NCBI GenBank assembly: GCA_050258095.1
Contig: JBLMYD010000038.1
Location: forward strand, 3,594-67,593
Length of the DNA stretch: 64,000 nt
Reading direction: 5' to 3'
Origin: Chloroflexota bacterium
Lineage (GTDB): Bacteria; Actinomycetota; Thermoleophilia; Solirubrobacterales; 70-9
Under the pieces are notes generated by a model. The model worked only from the letters and a program-made list of their open reading frames with translations. It searched no databases and was not told the origin of the DNA. Shown here piece after piece: positions 53,569 through 61,824 of the stretch (its first letter is position 1; the number at the start of each line of letters is the position of its first letter). Position numbers and translations under genes: made by a program.

Positions 53569-55071
53569 ATGGACCCGGTGACGCTGCAGGTGACGATCGG
53601 CGCCCTGCACGCCGCCTGCGAAGAGATGGGCGCGGCGCTGATCCGCTCCGCCTACTCGGCCAACATCAAGGAGCGCCACGACTGCTCGACGGCGCTCTTC
53701 GACCCGGCCGGCGAGCTGGTCATGCAGGCCGAGCACATCCCGGTGCACCTCGGCTCGATGCCCGACGCCGTCGCCGCCGTGCTCGACTTCGCGCAGGAGC
53801 CGGGACGCTCCTGGATCCTCAACGACCCCTTCCGCGGCGGCACCCACCTGCCGGACATCACGCTGATCTCCCCCGTCTTCGCCGCCGGCGCGCTGCTCGG
53901 CTTCGCCGCCTGCCGGGCGCATCACGCCGACGTCGGCGGGCCGACGCCCGGCAGCATGCCGGCGGGATCGACCAACATCGACGAGGAGGGCGTGACGATC
54001 CCGCCGCAGGCGGCCGACCCGGAGGCGCTGCGCGAGATCGCCTCACGCATGCGCTTCCCCCACCAGCGCCTCGCCGACCTGCGCGCGCAGGCGGCGGCGA
54101 ACCGGATCGGGGGACTGCGGCTCGCCGAGCTCTGCGAGCGCTACGGCGCGGAGGGCCTGCGCGCCGGCATGGCCGAGATCCTCGCCTACGCCGAGCGCCG
54201 CACCCGGGCCGCGCTCGCGGCGCTTCCCGACGGCAGCTACCGGGCCGAGGACGTGCTCGAAGACGACGCCAACGGCGGCCCGAGCGACGTGACGCTGCGG
54301 GTCGAGGCCACCGTGCGCGGCGACGGCCTGACGCTCGACTTCTCGGGGACCGACGCGGAGGTCGCGGGCAACCTCAACTGCCCGCTCTCGGTCACCAAGT
54401 CGGCCGCGTTCTTCGCCGTGCGCGTGCTGACCGACCCCGACGCGCCGCCCTCGGCCGGCGCCTACCGACCGATCGAGGTGATCGCGCCGCCCGGCTGCCT
54501 GCTCAACGCCCAGCCGCCGGCGGCGGTCGCGGCGGGCAACGTCGAGACCTCCAGCCGCGTCGCCGACCTCGTCGTCTCGGCCCTCGCCGGCGCCAGGCCG
54601 GTGCCCGCCCAGGGACAGGGGACGATGAACAACCTGACCCTCGCCGGCGAGGGCTTCACCTACTACGAGACGCTCGCGGGTGGCCAGGGCGCCTGCCCCG
54701 ACGCCGACGGGCCGAGCGCCATCCACGTGGCGATGTCGAACACGCTGAACACGCCGGTGGAGGCCCTGGAGAGCGAATTCCCGCTGCGCGTGCGCGAGCT
54801 CTCCCTGCGCCGCGACAGCGGCGGCAGCGGCAGGCACGCCGGAGGCGACGGCCTCGTGCGCGAGATCGAGGCCCTGGCGCCGATGAGCTTCAGCCTGATC
54901 GCCGAGCGCCGCCGCCACGCGCCGAGTGGCCGCGACGGCGGCGCGAACGGCCTCCCCGGCCGCAACCTTTGCAACGGTGCCGAGCTGCCCAGCAAGGCCC
55001 AGAGCGACCTGGCCCCCGGCGACAAGCTCCGCATCGAAACGCCGGGCGGCGGCGGCCACGGCAGTCAGTGA
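53569..55071 (+). CDS. hyuB: Hydantoinase B/oxoprolinase family protein, B subunit
   Basis: ATG 53569 is preceded by GGAGG (53557-53561). MDPVTLQVTIGALHAACEEMGAALIRSAYSANIKERHDCS... Confidence 0.85.
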   Translation: MDPVTLQVTIGALHAACEEMGAALIRSAYSANIKERHDCSTALFDPAGELVMQAEHIPVHLGSMPDAVAAVLDFAQEPGRSWILNDPFRGGTHLPDITLISPVFAAGALLGFAACRAHHADVGGPTPGSMPAGSTNIDEEGVTIPPQAADPEALREIASRMRFPHQRLADLRAQAAANRIGGLRLAELCERYGAEGLRAGMAEILAYAERRTRAALAALPDGSYRAEDVLEDDANGGPSDVTLRVEATVRGDGLTLDFSGTDAEVAGNLNCPLSVTKSAAFFAVRVLTDPDAPPSAGAYRPIEVIAPPGCLLNAQPPAAVAAGNVETSSRVADLVVSALAGARPVPAQGQGTMNNLTLAGEGFTYYETLAGGQGACPDADGPSAIHVAMSNTLNTPVEALESEFPLRVRELSLRRDSGGSGRHAGGDGLVREIEALAPMSFSLIAERRRHAPSGRDGGANGLPGRNLCNGAELPSKAQSDLAPGDKLRIETPGGGGHGSQ

Positions 55072-55086
55072 CTTTCGTCACATATT

Positions 55087-55114
55087 TTGCGTTCTGGGCG
55101 CTCTCGCGTAGAAT
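55087..55114 (+). promoter_or_regulatory. Candidate sigma70-type promoter TTGCGT-16 nt-TAGAAT
   Basis: The hexamers lie at 55087-55092 and 55109-55114, in the AT-richer spacer upstream of the DUF1802-like gene. This would give a leader of about 90 nt. Confidence 0.3.
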
Positions 55115-55208
55115 GCTCAGCTGGGCGGCGGTTGACCCGCCTAGACAGGGTTCGAGGCGTCCTCTGCCAGTCTCAGATTTATCCGACCTTTCAAGGGTAC
55201 GATTACAA

Positions 55209-55838
55209 ATGCCAATCGCTTTCAAGGAATGGGCCGTGACGGTCCGCGCGCTCGCCGAGGGCGAGCAGCTACTGACCCTCCGCAAGGGGGGCATCCGCGA
55301 GGAGAACAAGCACTTCGAGCTCGACCACGAGCGCTTCTTCCTCTACCCGACCTTCGACCACCAGCACAACAACCTGGTGCGCGAGTCCCACCACCCCGAG
55401 CTGGGGCGGGCGCTCGAGGAGGGCGTCTGGGGCGAAGAAGAACCGCCCGCCAAGGCGCTGATCCAGGACGGCGGCATCCCGCAGCCCGAGAGGGTGCGGC
55501 TGCGCGCCTGGGCCGAGGTCACCGACCACATCACGGTCACCGACCCGCGGGTCGTCGACGGCCTCTCCCCCTACTACGTCTGGACGCCGGACTACGCGGA
55601 AAAGCGCCTCAACTGGAAGCGGCGCCACCCCCTCCACATCCTGCTGCTGCGGGTGCACCGCATCCCGCGCCCGGTGACGGTCAAAGTCCGCGAGGAGTAC
55701 CACGGCTGCCGCTCCTGGGTCGAGGTCGACCGGGAACTGCCCTTCGAGGGCACGCCCGTGATGGCCGACGAGGAGTTCGAGCGCGCCCGCGCTGAGATCC
55801 TCGGAGTTTGCGGGGCGGCCGAGCCGGTCCTGGTCTAG
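55209..55838 (+). CDS. DUF1802-like protein
   Basis: ATG 55209 gives MPIAFKEWAVTVRALAEGEQLLTLRKGGIREE... The family name is from memory of the N-terminal ALKEWAV..LLLRKGGI signature. Confidence 0.6.
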   Translation: MPIAFKEWAVTVRALAEGEQLLTLRKGGIREENKHFELDHERFFLYPTFDHQHNNLVRESHHPELGRALEEGVWGEEEPPAKALIQDGGIPQPERVRLRAWAEVTDHITVTDPRVVDGLSPYYVWTPDYAEKRLNWKRRHPLHILLLRVHRIPRPVTVKVREEYHGCRSWVEVDRELPFEGTPVMADEEFERARAEILGVCGAAEPVLV

Positions 55839-55858
55839 GCAGCGCTACCCTCGGCCCG

Positions 55859-56614
55859 GTGCCCTGGGTCGAAACGGAATCGCTGAGCTTCTCGGCGCGC
55901 CACGACAGCGGCGACACGGCCTTCGCCGAGCGGACGCTCGACCGCATGGAGGAACTGCGGCTGCGACTGGAGGATCGCTTCGACTCCGTGCCGGGAGACA
56001 TCACGATCGTCGTCCACACCAGCCCCGCCTGGCTGGCGCTCGCCCACCCCTTCCTGCCGCTGGCGCGCTGGTCGGCAGCGCCGGCCGGCAGGCGCTACCT
56101 CGCCGGCTGGCCGATGGCGACCGAGCTGCACGTGCTCAACGACTCGCACAGCGAGAGACGGGCGGCGGGCGAGGACTCGCACGAGGCGCTGCGCGGGACG
56201 GCCGAGCGCCTCTACGCCCAGCTCGTGATCGCCGCCAACAACCCCCGGTTCCCGCCCTCCTGGACGCCGCGCCGCTTCGCCCGCTACCTGGCCTGGGCCT
56301 GGCTGATCGAAGGCGGCGCCCAGTACTTCTCCCGCCAGGTCGGCCTCTACCGCGCGGCCGTGATCCGGCGCCTGCGCGAGAGCGCCCGCCCCTCCTTCCC
56401 GCCCTCGCGCCGCGACGCGGTCATCCTCGGCGGCACGATCTTCGACCTGCTCGAGGCCGAACGCGGCCCCGACGCCTGCGAGCGCCTCGCCCTGCACATG
56501 CTCCCCGACGGCGCCGGCAGGACGCTCGAAGACGCATTCGAAGCCCCCATCGGCGAGATCGAGGATGCCTGGCGGGGGTATCTGCGCGATATCGCGCGCC
56601 CCAATCCGGGCTAA
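55859..56614 (+). CDS. Hypothetical protein
   Basis: GTG 55859 is the first start after the upstream stop. 251 aa: ..WLIEGGAQYFSRQ... No motif recognised. Confidence 0.45.
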   Translation: MPWVETESLSFSARHDSGDTAFAERTLDRMEELRLRLEDRFDSVPGDITIVVHTSPAWLALAHPFLPLARWSAAPAGRRYLAGWPMATELHVLNDSHSERRAAGEDSHEALRGTAERLYAQLVIAANNPRFPPSWTPRRFARYLAWAWLIEGGAQYFSRQVGLYRAAVIRRLRESARPSFPPSRRDAVILGGTIFDLLEAERGPDACERLALHMLPDGAGRTLEDAFEAPIGEIEDAWRGYLRDIARPNPG

Positions 56615-56844
56615 CCGGGCTCCTGGCGCGTCGCCAGCACCTCGCGTGCTTCCTCGGCCGCCTCCTCGGCGACGAGCACTTGCCGAGGTCCGGCGGCCAG
56701 GAACTCGGGGTTGTCGACGGTGCGCTGGATCATGCTCGGGATGCCGTGCGCGGTCAGCAGGCCCTGGATCATCTCGGCCTCCATCAGGTGCTGCGCGTAG
56801 GCGACCCTGACCAGCCGCCCGCTACTCGACGACGAGCTCGGCAT
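56611..56844 (-). CDS. Small DUF2007-like protein
   Basis: ..LVRVAYAQHLMEAEMIQGLLTAHGIPSMIQ... The start is uncertain (overlaps mec by 23 nt if ATG 56844 is used). Confidence 0.5.
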   Translation of the reverse strand: MPSSSSSSGRLVRVAYAQHLMEAEMIQGLLTAHGIPSMIQRTVDNPEFLAAGPRQVLVAEEAAEEAREVLATRQEPG

Positions 56845-57220
56845 CGGCGATCGCCAGGTCCTTCAGCCAGTAGGCCTTCACGTCCGGCGCCTCGGGGTCT
56901 TCGAGCGAGACGATCACGTAGATCGCGTCGGGCCAGTTGACCGCCTGGTTGACGTCGGTCTGCGACGGGTAGGCGGCGCTCTTCGTGTGCGAGTGGTAGA
57001 TCGCCAGCAGCTCGTCGCCCCCGTCTTCGATCTGCTTCAGCGCGTCGTACTGGCCCTGCGAGTCCATCTCGAAGCGCAGCGGGCTGGCGGCCGCGTTCTC
57101 GACCCTGACGACCGACGCAGCGGTCCCGTCGCTGCCGCCGACCATGCCGCAGCACTCGTTGGGCAGGTCCTCGCGCGCGTGCGCGACCATCTCGTCGATC
57201 AGGCTCTGGGATATCCGCAT
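56822..57220 (-). CDS. mec: JAMM/MPN+ metalloprotease (CysO-cysteine peptidase Mec)
   Basis: 132 aa: ..ECCGMVGG.. and the JAMM motif HSHTKSAAYPSQTD. The ATG shares one nt with the upstream TGA. Confidence 0.85.
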   Translation of the reverse strand: MRISQSLIDEMVAHAREDLPNECCGMVGGSDGTAASVVRVENAAASPLRFEMDSQGQYDALKQIEDGGDELLAIYHSHTKSAAYPSQTDVNQAVNWPDAIYVIVSLEDPEAPDVKAYWLKDLAIADAELVVE

Positions 57221-58743
57221 CACTGCTTCACCTCGTCGCGCCCGGCGCCGCCGAAGAGCTTGTCCACGCCCTTGCCGCCGCAGATCAGGTCCGGGCCGCC
57301 GAGGCCGCGCACTTCGTCCCTGCCGCCGAGCGCCGCGATCACGTCGCGATGCGGCGTGCCGATCAATTTGTCCGCCTTGCGGGTCCCGACGATCGTCGCC
57401 CTGCGTCCGAGGCAGCGGATGTGAGACGTCCCGCCCCGCACCCCGATCAAGGCGAACCCCTGACTTTCGCCGCAGCAGCCGACTTCGGCGAGAACGACGA
57501 TCCGGCCGCCGGACTGAACGGCGATCGAGTAGTCGGTGATGCCCCCGTTGCCGTAAGGCACCTGCACGCTCTGGCCGCCGTTGAAGGTGCGGTCCCTGCT
57601 CCCGTTCGAGCCCAGGCGAAACACGTTGACCCTGCCGCTCCAGCCGGTGCCGACAAGCCGTCCCTTCGCGTCGACGGCGATCGCCGACACGCCGGACGAG
57701 CCGACCCGGGGGTAGAGACGGAGCCGGCCTTTCCTGCCGAAGTGGGGCGCAAGGGCGCCGCTCGGCGTGATCTTCGCCACGTTGTCGACCGTCGACACGC
57801 GTTCGGTGGATTCTTCGAAGGCGACGATGACCCTGCCGTTGCGCGTCTGCGTCGCCGCCACGACCGAGCCTTCCGCGCCGGGCGTCGGGAAGAACAGCCG
57901 GCCGCTTCCCGCCAGGCGAGTATCCGGCTGTCCGTCGGCCAGAAAGCGGGCCAGGCTGAAGCCTTCGCCGAACAGGCGCGTGCCGCCGAGGCAGCAGAGC
58001 GGGCTGGGAACGGAGATGCTTCCGCTGGGACCGATCAGGATGTCCGCCGGCCGAGTTTGGTTCGGCTCGACGATGCGGCTTTCGCCGCCGGTGCCGAAGC
58101 CGGGGTCGCGCCGGCCATCGGCGAGGAAGCGGGCGACGCGAAGTTCCTCGCCCCCTTCGACGCGGCCGCCGGCGACCGAGACGACGACCCCCCCGTCGGG
58201 CTGAACGGCGACGGCCGGCCGTGGGGTGAGCGCCGCTTCCAGCGGATCGGGCACGAGACCGCCTGATCCAAACGTCGGGTCGAGGCGCCCGCTCGCGTCG
58301 AGGCGCGCAACCACGAGGTGCTGCGACGGCCCGTCGATCGCGGCGATCGCCGGCTTGCCGTCCGGGCCGACCGCGAGGTCGAAGGAGTGGGAGAAGGCGT
58401 TCTGCGTGACGACCACCTGCGGGCCCGCCCCGGCTCCATAGGTCCGGTCGCGCCGTCCGTTGGCGCTGTAGCGGGCGACCGTGAGCTCCACGGTGCAGCC
58501 GAAGGGCGGTTCGCAGGGCTGGTAGGTGGAGCTGAGGACGAAGATTTCGTCGTGCGGCCCGAGCGCCATCTGGGCCCAGGAATCCCCCCGGAACGTCGTC
58601 CCTGCCGGCGCTTCGACGTCGACGATGCCGTCGCCGCCGAACGAGCGGTCGAGGTCGGCGGGCGCCCCCAAGGCCGGCGCGGTCGCGAGCGTCAGCGCAA
58701 CCGCCGCCGCGGTGCACAGGCAAGCGAGGCGACCTACCACCAA
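57220..58743 (-). CDS. Secreted delta-60-type repeat protein with C-terminal RTX-like Ca-binding repeats
   Basis: Signal peptide ..AAAVALTLATAPALGAP. Repeated motifs VARLDASGRLDPTFGSGG / VARFLADGRRDPGFGTGG / VFRLGSNGSRDRTFNGG. The C-terminus is LGGRDEVRGLGGPDLICGGKGVDKLFGGAGRDEV. Overlaps the cysM stop and the mec start. Confidence 0.75.
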   Translation of the reverse strand: MVVGRLACLCTAAAVALTLATAPALGAPADLDRSFGGDGIVDVEAPAGTTFRGDSWAQMALGPHDEIFVLSSTYQPCEPPFGCTVELTVARYSANGRRDRTYGAGAGPQVVVTQNAFSHSFDLAVGPDGKPAIAAIDGPSQHLVVARLDASGRLDPTFGSGGLVPDPLEAALTPRPAVAVQPDGGVVVSVAGGRVEGGEELRVARFLADGRRDPGFGTGGESRIVEPNQTRPADILIGPSGSISVPSPLCCLGGTRLFGEGFSLARFLADGQPDTRLAGSGRLFFPTPGAEGSVVAATQTRNGRVIVAFEESTERVSTVDNVAKITPSGALAPHFGRKGRLRLYPRVGSSGVSAIAVDAKGRLVGTGWSGRVNVFRLGSNGSRDRTFNGGQSVQVPYGNGGITDYSIAVQSGGRIVVLAEVGCCGESQGFALIGVRGGTSHIRCLGRRATIVGTRKADKLIGTPHRDVIAALGGRDEVRGLGGPDLICGGKGVDKLFGGAGRDEVKQ

Positions 58744-59699
58744 ACCGTCGAGTCCAGGTTCTCGATGTCCTCGATCGGCTTCGTGTAGACGCCGGAGGAG
58801 AGGTACTTCCAGCCGTCGTCGGGGATGAGGAAGACGACGTTGCCGCTGTCCAGCTCGCCGGCGATGCGGGCGGCGATGCGGCAGATCGCGCCGGAGGAGA
58901 CGCCGGCGAAGATGCCCTCCTCATCGAGCAGCTTGCGGGTCCAGACGACCGCGTCGCGGTTGGAGACCATGATCTTGCGGTCGAGCAGGGTGATGTCGAT
59001 GATCGGCGGGATGAAGCCGTCGTCGAGCGAGCGCAGGCCGTGCACCTCCTCGCCCTGCATCGGCTCGGCGGCGACGAGCAGCGTGTCGGGGTTCTCCTCC
59101 TTCAGCCGTCGGCCGTTGCCCATCAGCGTGCCGCCGGTGCCGAGGCCGGCGACGAAGGCGGTCACCTCGTCCAGCTCTTCGAGGATCTCGACCGCGGTCC
59201 CGTTGTAGTGGGCGAGCGGGTTGGCCTCGTTTCCATACTGGTAGGGCATGTAGTAGCCGGGGTCCTTGGCCATCTCCAGCGCCACCTCGACGGCGCCGTT
59301 GGAGCCCTTGGCCCCCTCCGAGTAGACGATCTCCGCCCCGTACATCTCGAGCAGCTGGGTGCGCTCTTTGGTCACGTTGTCGGGCATCACGACCTTCAGC
59401 GGGTAGCCCTTGCGGCGGCAGATCATCGCCAGCGAGATGCCGGTGTTGCCCGAGGTCGGCTCGAGGATCGTCTGGCCGGGCTCGATCAGGCCCTCGGCCT
59501 CGGCCGACTCGATCATCGACTTGGCGACGCGGTCCTTTACCGAGCCGGTCGGGTTGCGGCCCTCGAGCTTGGCGTAGATGCGGACGTCGGGGTTGGGCGT
59601 GATGCGCGGCAGCTCGACCAGCGGCGTGTTGCCGATCGACTCGACGACGTTGCCGAAACGGCCCCCGCAAGGTCTATTTAGAAGTTCCGACATAGCCAC
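58734..59699 (-). CDS. cysM: Cysteine synthase (CysM-type, PLP-dependent)
   Basis: GTG start. PLP-Lys motif NPTGSVKDR, plus SGNTGISLA. Confidence 0.9.
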   Translation of the reverse strand: MAMSELLNRPCGGRFGNVVESIGNTPLVELPRITPNPDVRIYAKLEGRNPTGSVKDRVAKSMIESAEAEGLIEPGQTILEPTSGNTGISLAMICRRKGYPLKVVMPDNVTKERTQLLEMYGAEIVYSEGAKGSNGAVEVALEMAKDPGYYMPYQYGNEANPLAHYNGTAVEILEELDEVTAFVAGLGTGGTLMGNGRRLKEENPDTLLVAAEPMQGEEVHGLRSLDDGFIPPIIDITLLDRKIMVSNRDAVVWTRKLLDEEGIFAGVSSGAICRIAARIAGELDSGNVVFLIPDDGWKYLSSGVYTKPIEDIENLDSTVWW

Positions 59700-59708
59700 G
59701 CTCTCCCG

Positions 59709-59728
59709 TTACTTCAAAAAGTGTAGCG
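59709..59728 (-). promoter_or_regulatory. Shared AT-rich promoter/operator motif CGCTAYACTTTTTGAAGTAA (copy upstream of cysM)
   Basis: 19 of 20 nt are identical to 61324-61343. Contains the -10-like hexamer TACACT. Lies 10 nt from the cysM GTG. Confidence 0.5.
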
Positions 59729-59762
59729 CTGGACTGCGAGACGGCGAAAATCAAGCCTGTCA

Positions 59763-59822
59763 AGGACGCAGGGAACGTGGCGTGCTCTGCACGCGAGCGA
59801 CCGAGGACGCAGGCAGGCGCCG
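59763..59822 (+). repeat. About 60-nt intergenic repeat with paired AGGACGCAGG half-sites, copy 2
   Basis: aggacgcagggaacgtggcgtgctctgcacgcgagcgaccgaggacgcaggcaggcgccg, in the cysO-cysM spacer. Confidence 0.75.
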
Positions 59823-59835
59823 ATCTGCAGCCGTC

Positions 59836-60108
59836 TCAACCGCCGGCCATGGCGGGCAGGATGACGACCGTGTCGCCGTCGGCGACGCCGGTGGCGAGGC
59901 CGTCGAGGACCCGCACGTCCTCGTCGTTGAGGTAGACGTTGACGTAGCGGTTGAGGTCGCCGTCCTCGCCGAAGAGCTGGGCCTCCGTCTCCGGGTACTC
60001 GGCCGTGAGCGCGCGCAGCACCTCGCCGACGTCGGAGCCGGCGGCCTCGACCTCGGGCCGGCCGCCCGTGTGCGGGCGCAGGACCGGGGGTATGCGAACG
60101 GTCGCCAT
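59836..60108 (-). CDS. cysO: ThiS/MoaD-family sulfur carrier protein (CysO-like)
   Basis: 90 aa of beta-grasp size, with C-terminal ..ILPAMAGG (Gly-Gly). Confidence 0.85.
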   Translation of the reverse strand: MATVRIPPVLRPHTGGRPEVEAAGSDVGEVLRALTAEYPETEAQLFGEDGDLNRYVNVYLNDEDVRVLDGLATGVADGDTVVILPAMAGG

Positions 60109-60127
60109 GAGCTGGGAAACCTACCGC

Positions 60128-61294
60128 CTAGCCGGCGCAGAAGAGCTCGTAGTCGGGGAACTTGCCCATCTCAGACACCGGGACCTCCGGCGCGTTCTCG
60201 CCGCAGATCGGGCACTCGGGGTCGCGCCGCACCTTGAGCTCGGTGAAGCGGGTGCCGAGCGCCTCGTAGAGCAGCAGGCGGCCGACCAGCGGCTCGCCGA
60301 TCCCGATCACGAGCTTCAGCACCTCGTTCGCCTGCAGGGTGCCCATCGTGCCGGCCATCACGCCGAGCACGCCGTTCGCCGAGCAGCTCGGCGCCAGCTC
60401 GGCCGGCGGCGGCGTCGGGTAGAGGCAGCGGTAGCAGGGCCCCTCGTAGGGGACGAAGGTCGAGATCTGGCCGTCGAAGCTGAGGATCGAGGCCGAGACG
60501 ACCGGCTTGCGCAGCCGCACCGAGGCGTCGTTGAGCAGGTAGCGGGTGGGGAAGTTGTCGGCCCCGTCGACGATCACGTCGTAGGGCTCGATGATCTCGA
60601 GGATGTTCTCGGCGTCGAGGCGGGTGCGGTGCTCGATCACCTCGACGTCGGGGTTGAGCGCCTCGATCGTCAGCCGCGCCGACTCGGTCTTCGGGGTGCC
60701 GATTCGCTCCGTGTTGTGTATCACCTGGCGCTGCCGGTTGGAGGGGTCGACGACGTCGTCGTCGACGAGGCCGATCGTGCCGATCCCGGCCGCGGCCAGG
60801 TAGAGGGCGGTCGGCGCGCCGAGCCCGCCGGCGCCGAGCAGCAGCACCTTGGCGTTCAGCATCTTCAGCTGGCCCTCGACCCCGACCTCGGGGAGGAGCG
60901 TGTGGCGTGAGTAGCGGTCGCGCTGCTCGGGGGTCATGCCCTCGGTGGCGACCACCGGCAGCCCCTGCTCCTGCCAGAGCAGGATGCCGCCGGCCATCGA
61001 GGCGACGTCGGTGTAGCCCATCGCTTCCATCTGCTCCGCGGCCTTGTAGGAGCGGTTGCCGCTGCGGCAGTAGAGGATCGTGCGGGCGGACTTGTCGGGG
61101 GCGGCGCCGGCGATCTCGTCGGCGAGCAGTCCCGGCGGCACGAGCTTGCCGCCCTCGATGCGCGCCTCCTGGAACTCGTGCGGCTCGCGCGTGTCGATCA
61201 GGACGACGTCGCCGCCCTCGATCTCCTGCGCCGCCTCGAACGGCTCGACCTCCTCGACCACTTGCTTCGTCTGCGCGCCCGTTGCCATGCCCAT
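60128..61294 (-). CDS. Rhodanese-ThiF/MoeB fusion: sulfur-carrier adenylyltransferase/sulfurtransferase (MoeZ-like, permuted domain order)
   Basis: N-terminal rhodanese domain (..LIDTREPHEF..ILYCRSGNRS..). C-terminal E1-like domain (LLLGAGGLGAP, CYRC ... CPIC zinc motif). Confidence 0.85.
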   Translation of the reverse strand: MGMATGAQTKQVVEEVEPFEAAQEIEGGDVVLIDTREPHEFQEARIEGGKLVPPGLLADEIAGAAPDKSARTILYCRSGNRSYKAAEQMEAMGYTDVASMAGGILLWQEQGLPVVATEGMTPEQRDRYSRHTLLPEVGVEGQLKMLNAKVLLLGAGGLGAPTALYLAAAGIGTIGLVDDDVVDPSNRQRQVIHNTERIGTPKTESARLTIEALNPDVEVIEHRTRLDAENILEIIEPYDVIVDGADNFPTRYLLNDASVRLRKPVVSASILSFDGQISTFVPYEGPCYRCLYPTPPPAELAPSCSANGVLGVMAGTMGTLQANEVLKLVIGIGEPLVGRLLLYEALGTRFTELKVRRDPECPICGENAPEVPVSEMGKFPDYELFCAG

Positions 61295-61323
61295 CTCCTA
61301 AATACCCGAAATCCGATCCGCTT

Positions 61324-61343
61324 TTACTTCAAAAAGTATAGCG
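61324..61343 (-). promoter_or_regulatory. Shared AT-rich promoter/operator motif CGCTAYACTTTTTGAAGTAA (copy upstream of the moeZ-like gene)
   Basis: TATACT -10-like hexamer, about 30 nt upstream of ATG 61294, with AGGAG before the start. Confidence 0.5.
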
Positions 61344-61356
61344 GGTCGCGGCGGCT

Positions 61357-61722
61357 TCAGAGCTGGGTAGCCAGGAGGCCGAGCAGCGCGGCGATCACTA
61401 CCACGCCAGAGCGGAACAGCATCAAGTGAAGGGCTTCGAAGCGCTCGTCCATTCGCTCAAAGCGCTTGTCAATTCGCTCGAAGCGCTTGTCAATTCGCTC
61501 GAAGCCTGCCTTCATCTCGCCGCGGAGCTCGCGAAGGTCCCCTTCGACGCGATCGAAGCGCTGCTCGCAACTCCGATCGAGCTCGTCGATTCGCCGGTCG
61601 GTGGCGTCGAAGCGACGGCCAACCTCGTCAAAGCGTTGATCCACCCCATCGAACCGGTCGTCGATGCGGTCGAAGCGCTCTTCAAGCCTCTCGTCGGTCC
61701 AGCTCTTCGTCATCAGGTCCAT
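61357..61722 (-). CDS. Tail-anchored coiled-coil protein, paralogue of 5535..5774
   Basis: ATG 61722 gives MDLMTKSWTDERLEERFDRIDDRFDGVDQRFDEV.. ..FERIDKRFERIDKRFERMDERFE.. followed by a C-terminal TM (VVVIAALLGLLATQL). The track start at 61749 is also possible. Confidence 0.55.
   Translation of the reverse strand: MDLMTKSWTDERLEERFDRIDDRFDGVDQRFDEVGRRFDATDRRIDELDRSCEQRFDRVEGDLRELRGEMKAGFERIDKRFERIDKRFERMDERFEALHLMLFRSGVVVIAALLGLLATQL
61438..61500. repeat. Three tandem 21-bp units (in-frame heptad ERIDKRF repeats)
   Basis: gaagcgctcgtccattcgctc / aaagcgcttgtcaattcgctc / gaagcgcttgtcaattcgctc. Confidence 0.85.
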
Positions 61723-61824
61723 GATGGCACCGTAACTAGATGTCTGCACGGCGTGGCGCGCACATCGTCAATTCTCTGCAACAACAGGCGCGCGGAACAC
61801 GCGCCGAGGGCCTGGCGCCGCGGA

